Source: Eledone cirrhosa
Lineage: Eukaryota
Reading direction: 5' to 3'
NCBI GenBank assembly: GCA_964016885.1
Contig: OZ024750.1
Location: forward strand, 22,878,001-22,942,000
Length of the DNA stretch: 64,000 bases
Shown: positions 62,684 to 64,000 of the stretch, piece by piece
How the letters are laid out: each line of letters begins with the position of its first letter
Numbering within the stretch: the first letter of the stretch is position 1
The notes under the pieces: generated by a model
Seen by the model: only the letters and a program-made list of their open reading frames with translations
The model's database searches: none
What the model was told of the DNA's origin: nothing
Program-made: the position numbers and the translations under genes

Positions 62684-62940
62684 ACACGTGTCAATGAATT
62701 ACCTCAACCACTTACACGTTAATTTCATGAGCAGGCTGTACCGTTGATCAAACAACTGGAACACTCATAGTCGACATTGACGGAGGACCATTTTATTGGA
62801 GTCATCTCCTCTCCGTAATTGTACAAATACTTTTCTTCTAATGTTGTAATTAATAATTAAGGGATATTAAATAATTAACAAATGTTAATCCATCAAAATA
62901 ATGATATCTAAGACTGGCAGAAGTCCATATAGTGTTTCCC

Positions 62941-64000
62941 GTGGTGGTGGCGGCGGTGGTGGTGGTGATGGTGGTGGTGATGGTAGTGATGATGGTGGTG
63001 GTGATGGTGGTTGTGGTGGTAGAGGTGATGGTGGTGGTGATGGTGGTGGTGATGGTAGTGATGGTGATGGTGATGGTAGTGATGGTGGTAGTGATGGTGG
63101 TGGCGGTAGTGGCGATGGTGGTGGTGATGGTGGGGGTGATGGTGGTGGTGATGGTGGTGGTGATGGTGGTGGTGGTGATGGTGGTGGTGGTGGTGGTGGT
63201 AGAGGTGATGGTGGTGGTGGTGATGGTGGTGGTGGTGGTGGTGGTAGAGGTGATGGTGGTGGTGATGGTGGTGGTGGTGGTGGTGGTGGTGGTGGTGGTG
63301 GTGGTGGTGGTGATGATGGTGGTTGTGGTGGTAGAGGTGATGGTGGTGGTGATGGTGGTGGTGGTGGTGGTGGTGGTGGTGGTGGTGGTGGTGATGATGG
63401 TGGTTGTGGTGGTAGAGGTGATGGTGGTGGTGATGGTGGTGGTGGTGGTGGTGGTGATGGTGATGGTGGTGGTGGTGGTGGTGGTGGTGGTGGTGGTAGA
63501 GGTGATGGTGGTGGTGATGGTGGTGGTGGTGGTGGTGGTGGTGGTGGTGGTGGTGGTGGTGGTGATGATGGTGGTGGTGGTGGTGGTGGTGGTGATGATG
63601 GTGGTTGTGGTGGTAGAGGTGATGGTGGTGGTGATGGTGGTGGTGGTGGTGGTGGTGGTGGTGGTGGTGGTGATGATGGTGGTTGTGGTGGTAGAGGTGA
63701 TGGTGGTGGTGATGGTGGTGGTGGTGGTGGTGGTGGTGGTGGTGGTGATGATGGTGGTTGTGGTGGTAGAGGTGATGGTGGTGGTGGTGATGGTGGTGGT
63801 GGTGGTGGTGGTGATGGTGATGGTGGTGGTGGTGGTGGTGGTGGTGGTGGTGGTGGTGGTGGTGGTGGTGGTGGTAGAGGTGATGGTGGTGGTGATGGTG
63901 GTGGTGGTGGCGGCGGTGGTGGCGATGGTGGTGGTGGTGATGGTGGTGGTGATGGTGGTGATGGTGGTGGTGATGGTGGTGGTGGTGGTGATGGTGGTGG
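62941..64000. repeat. (GGT/GAT)n repeat running off the window end
   Basis: Seen directly. Confidence 0.97.

Noticed and set aside
54175-64000. (CCA)n and (TGG)n tracts as long TIRs of one element
   Set aside because: Their interruption patterns differ (gta/gca vs aga/tgt), so they look like independent microsatellites; no TSD is visible.

Overview
AT-rich, repeat-dense animal genomic DNA. The repeat style (tRNA-derived SINEs, (TA)n/(CA)n microsatellites, TTAA-flanked MITEs) suggests an octopus or other coleoid cephalopod (inference). Two spliced genes are recoverable that the ORF track mostly misses. (1) The 3' nine coding exons of the AP-3 adaptor mu subunit (AP3M1/2), + strand, 321..34609, with 10.8 kb and 17.9 kb introns. 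(2) A convergent three-exon gene on the - strand (40259..38534) predicted to encode a 135-aa protein: an MGNNICSC N-terminus (myristoylation/palmitoylation-like), one whirlin-PDZ3-like domain and a C-terminal PDZ-binding motif, behind a forkhead + RFX X-box + CCAAT motif cluster. The region beyond ~45 kb retains CpG and has no convincing gene. It holds several fold-back elements sitting in (TA)n tracts that carry minimal type I hammerhead ribozymes with palindromic helix III (Penelope-like pLTR type). Also present: two Helitron-type elements with captured fragments, piggyBac-like, MULE-like and pogo-like MITEs, RTE and CR1 LINE fragments, and many mini/microsatellites that account for nearly all long ORFs in the track.
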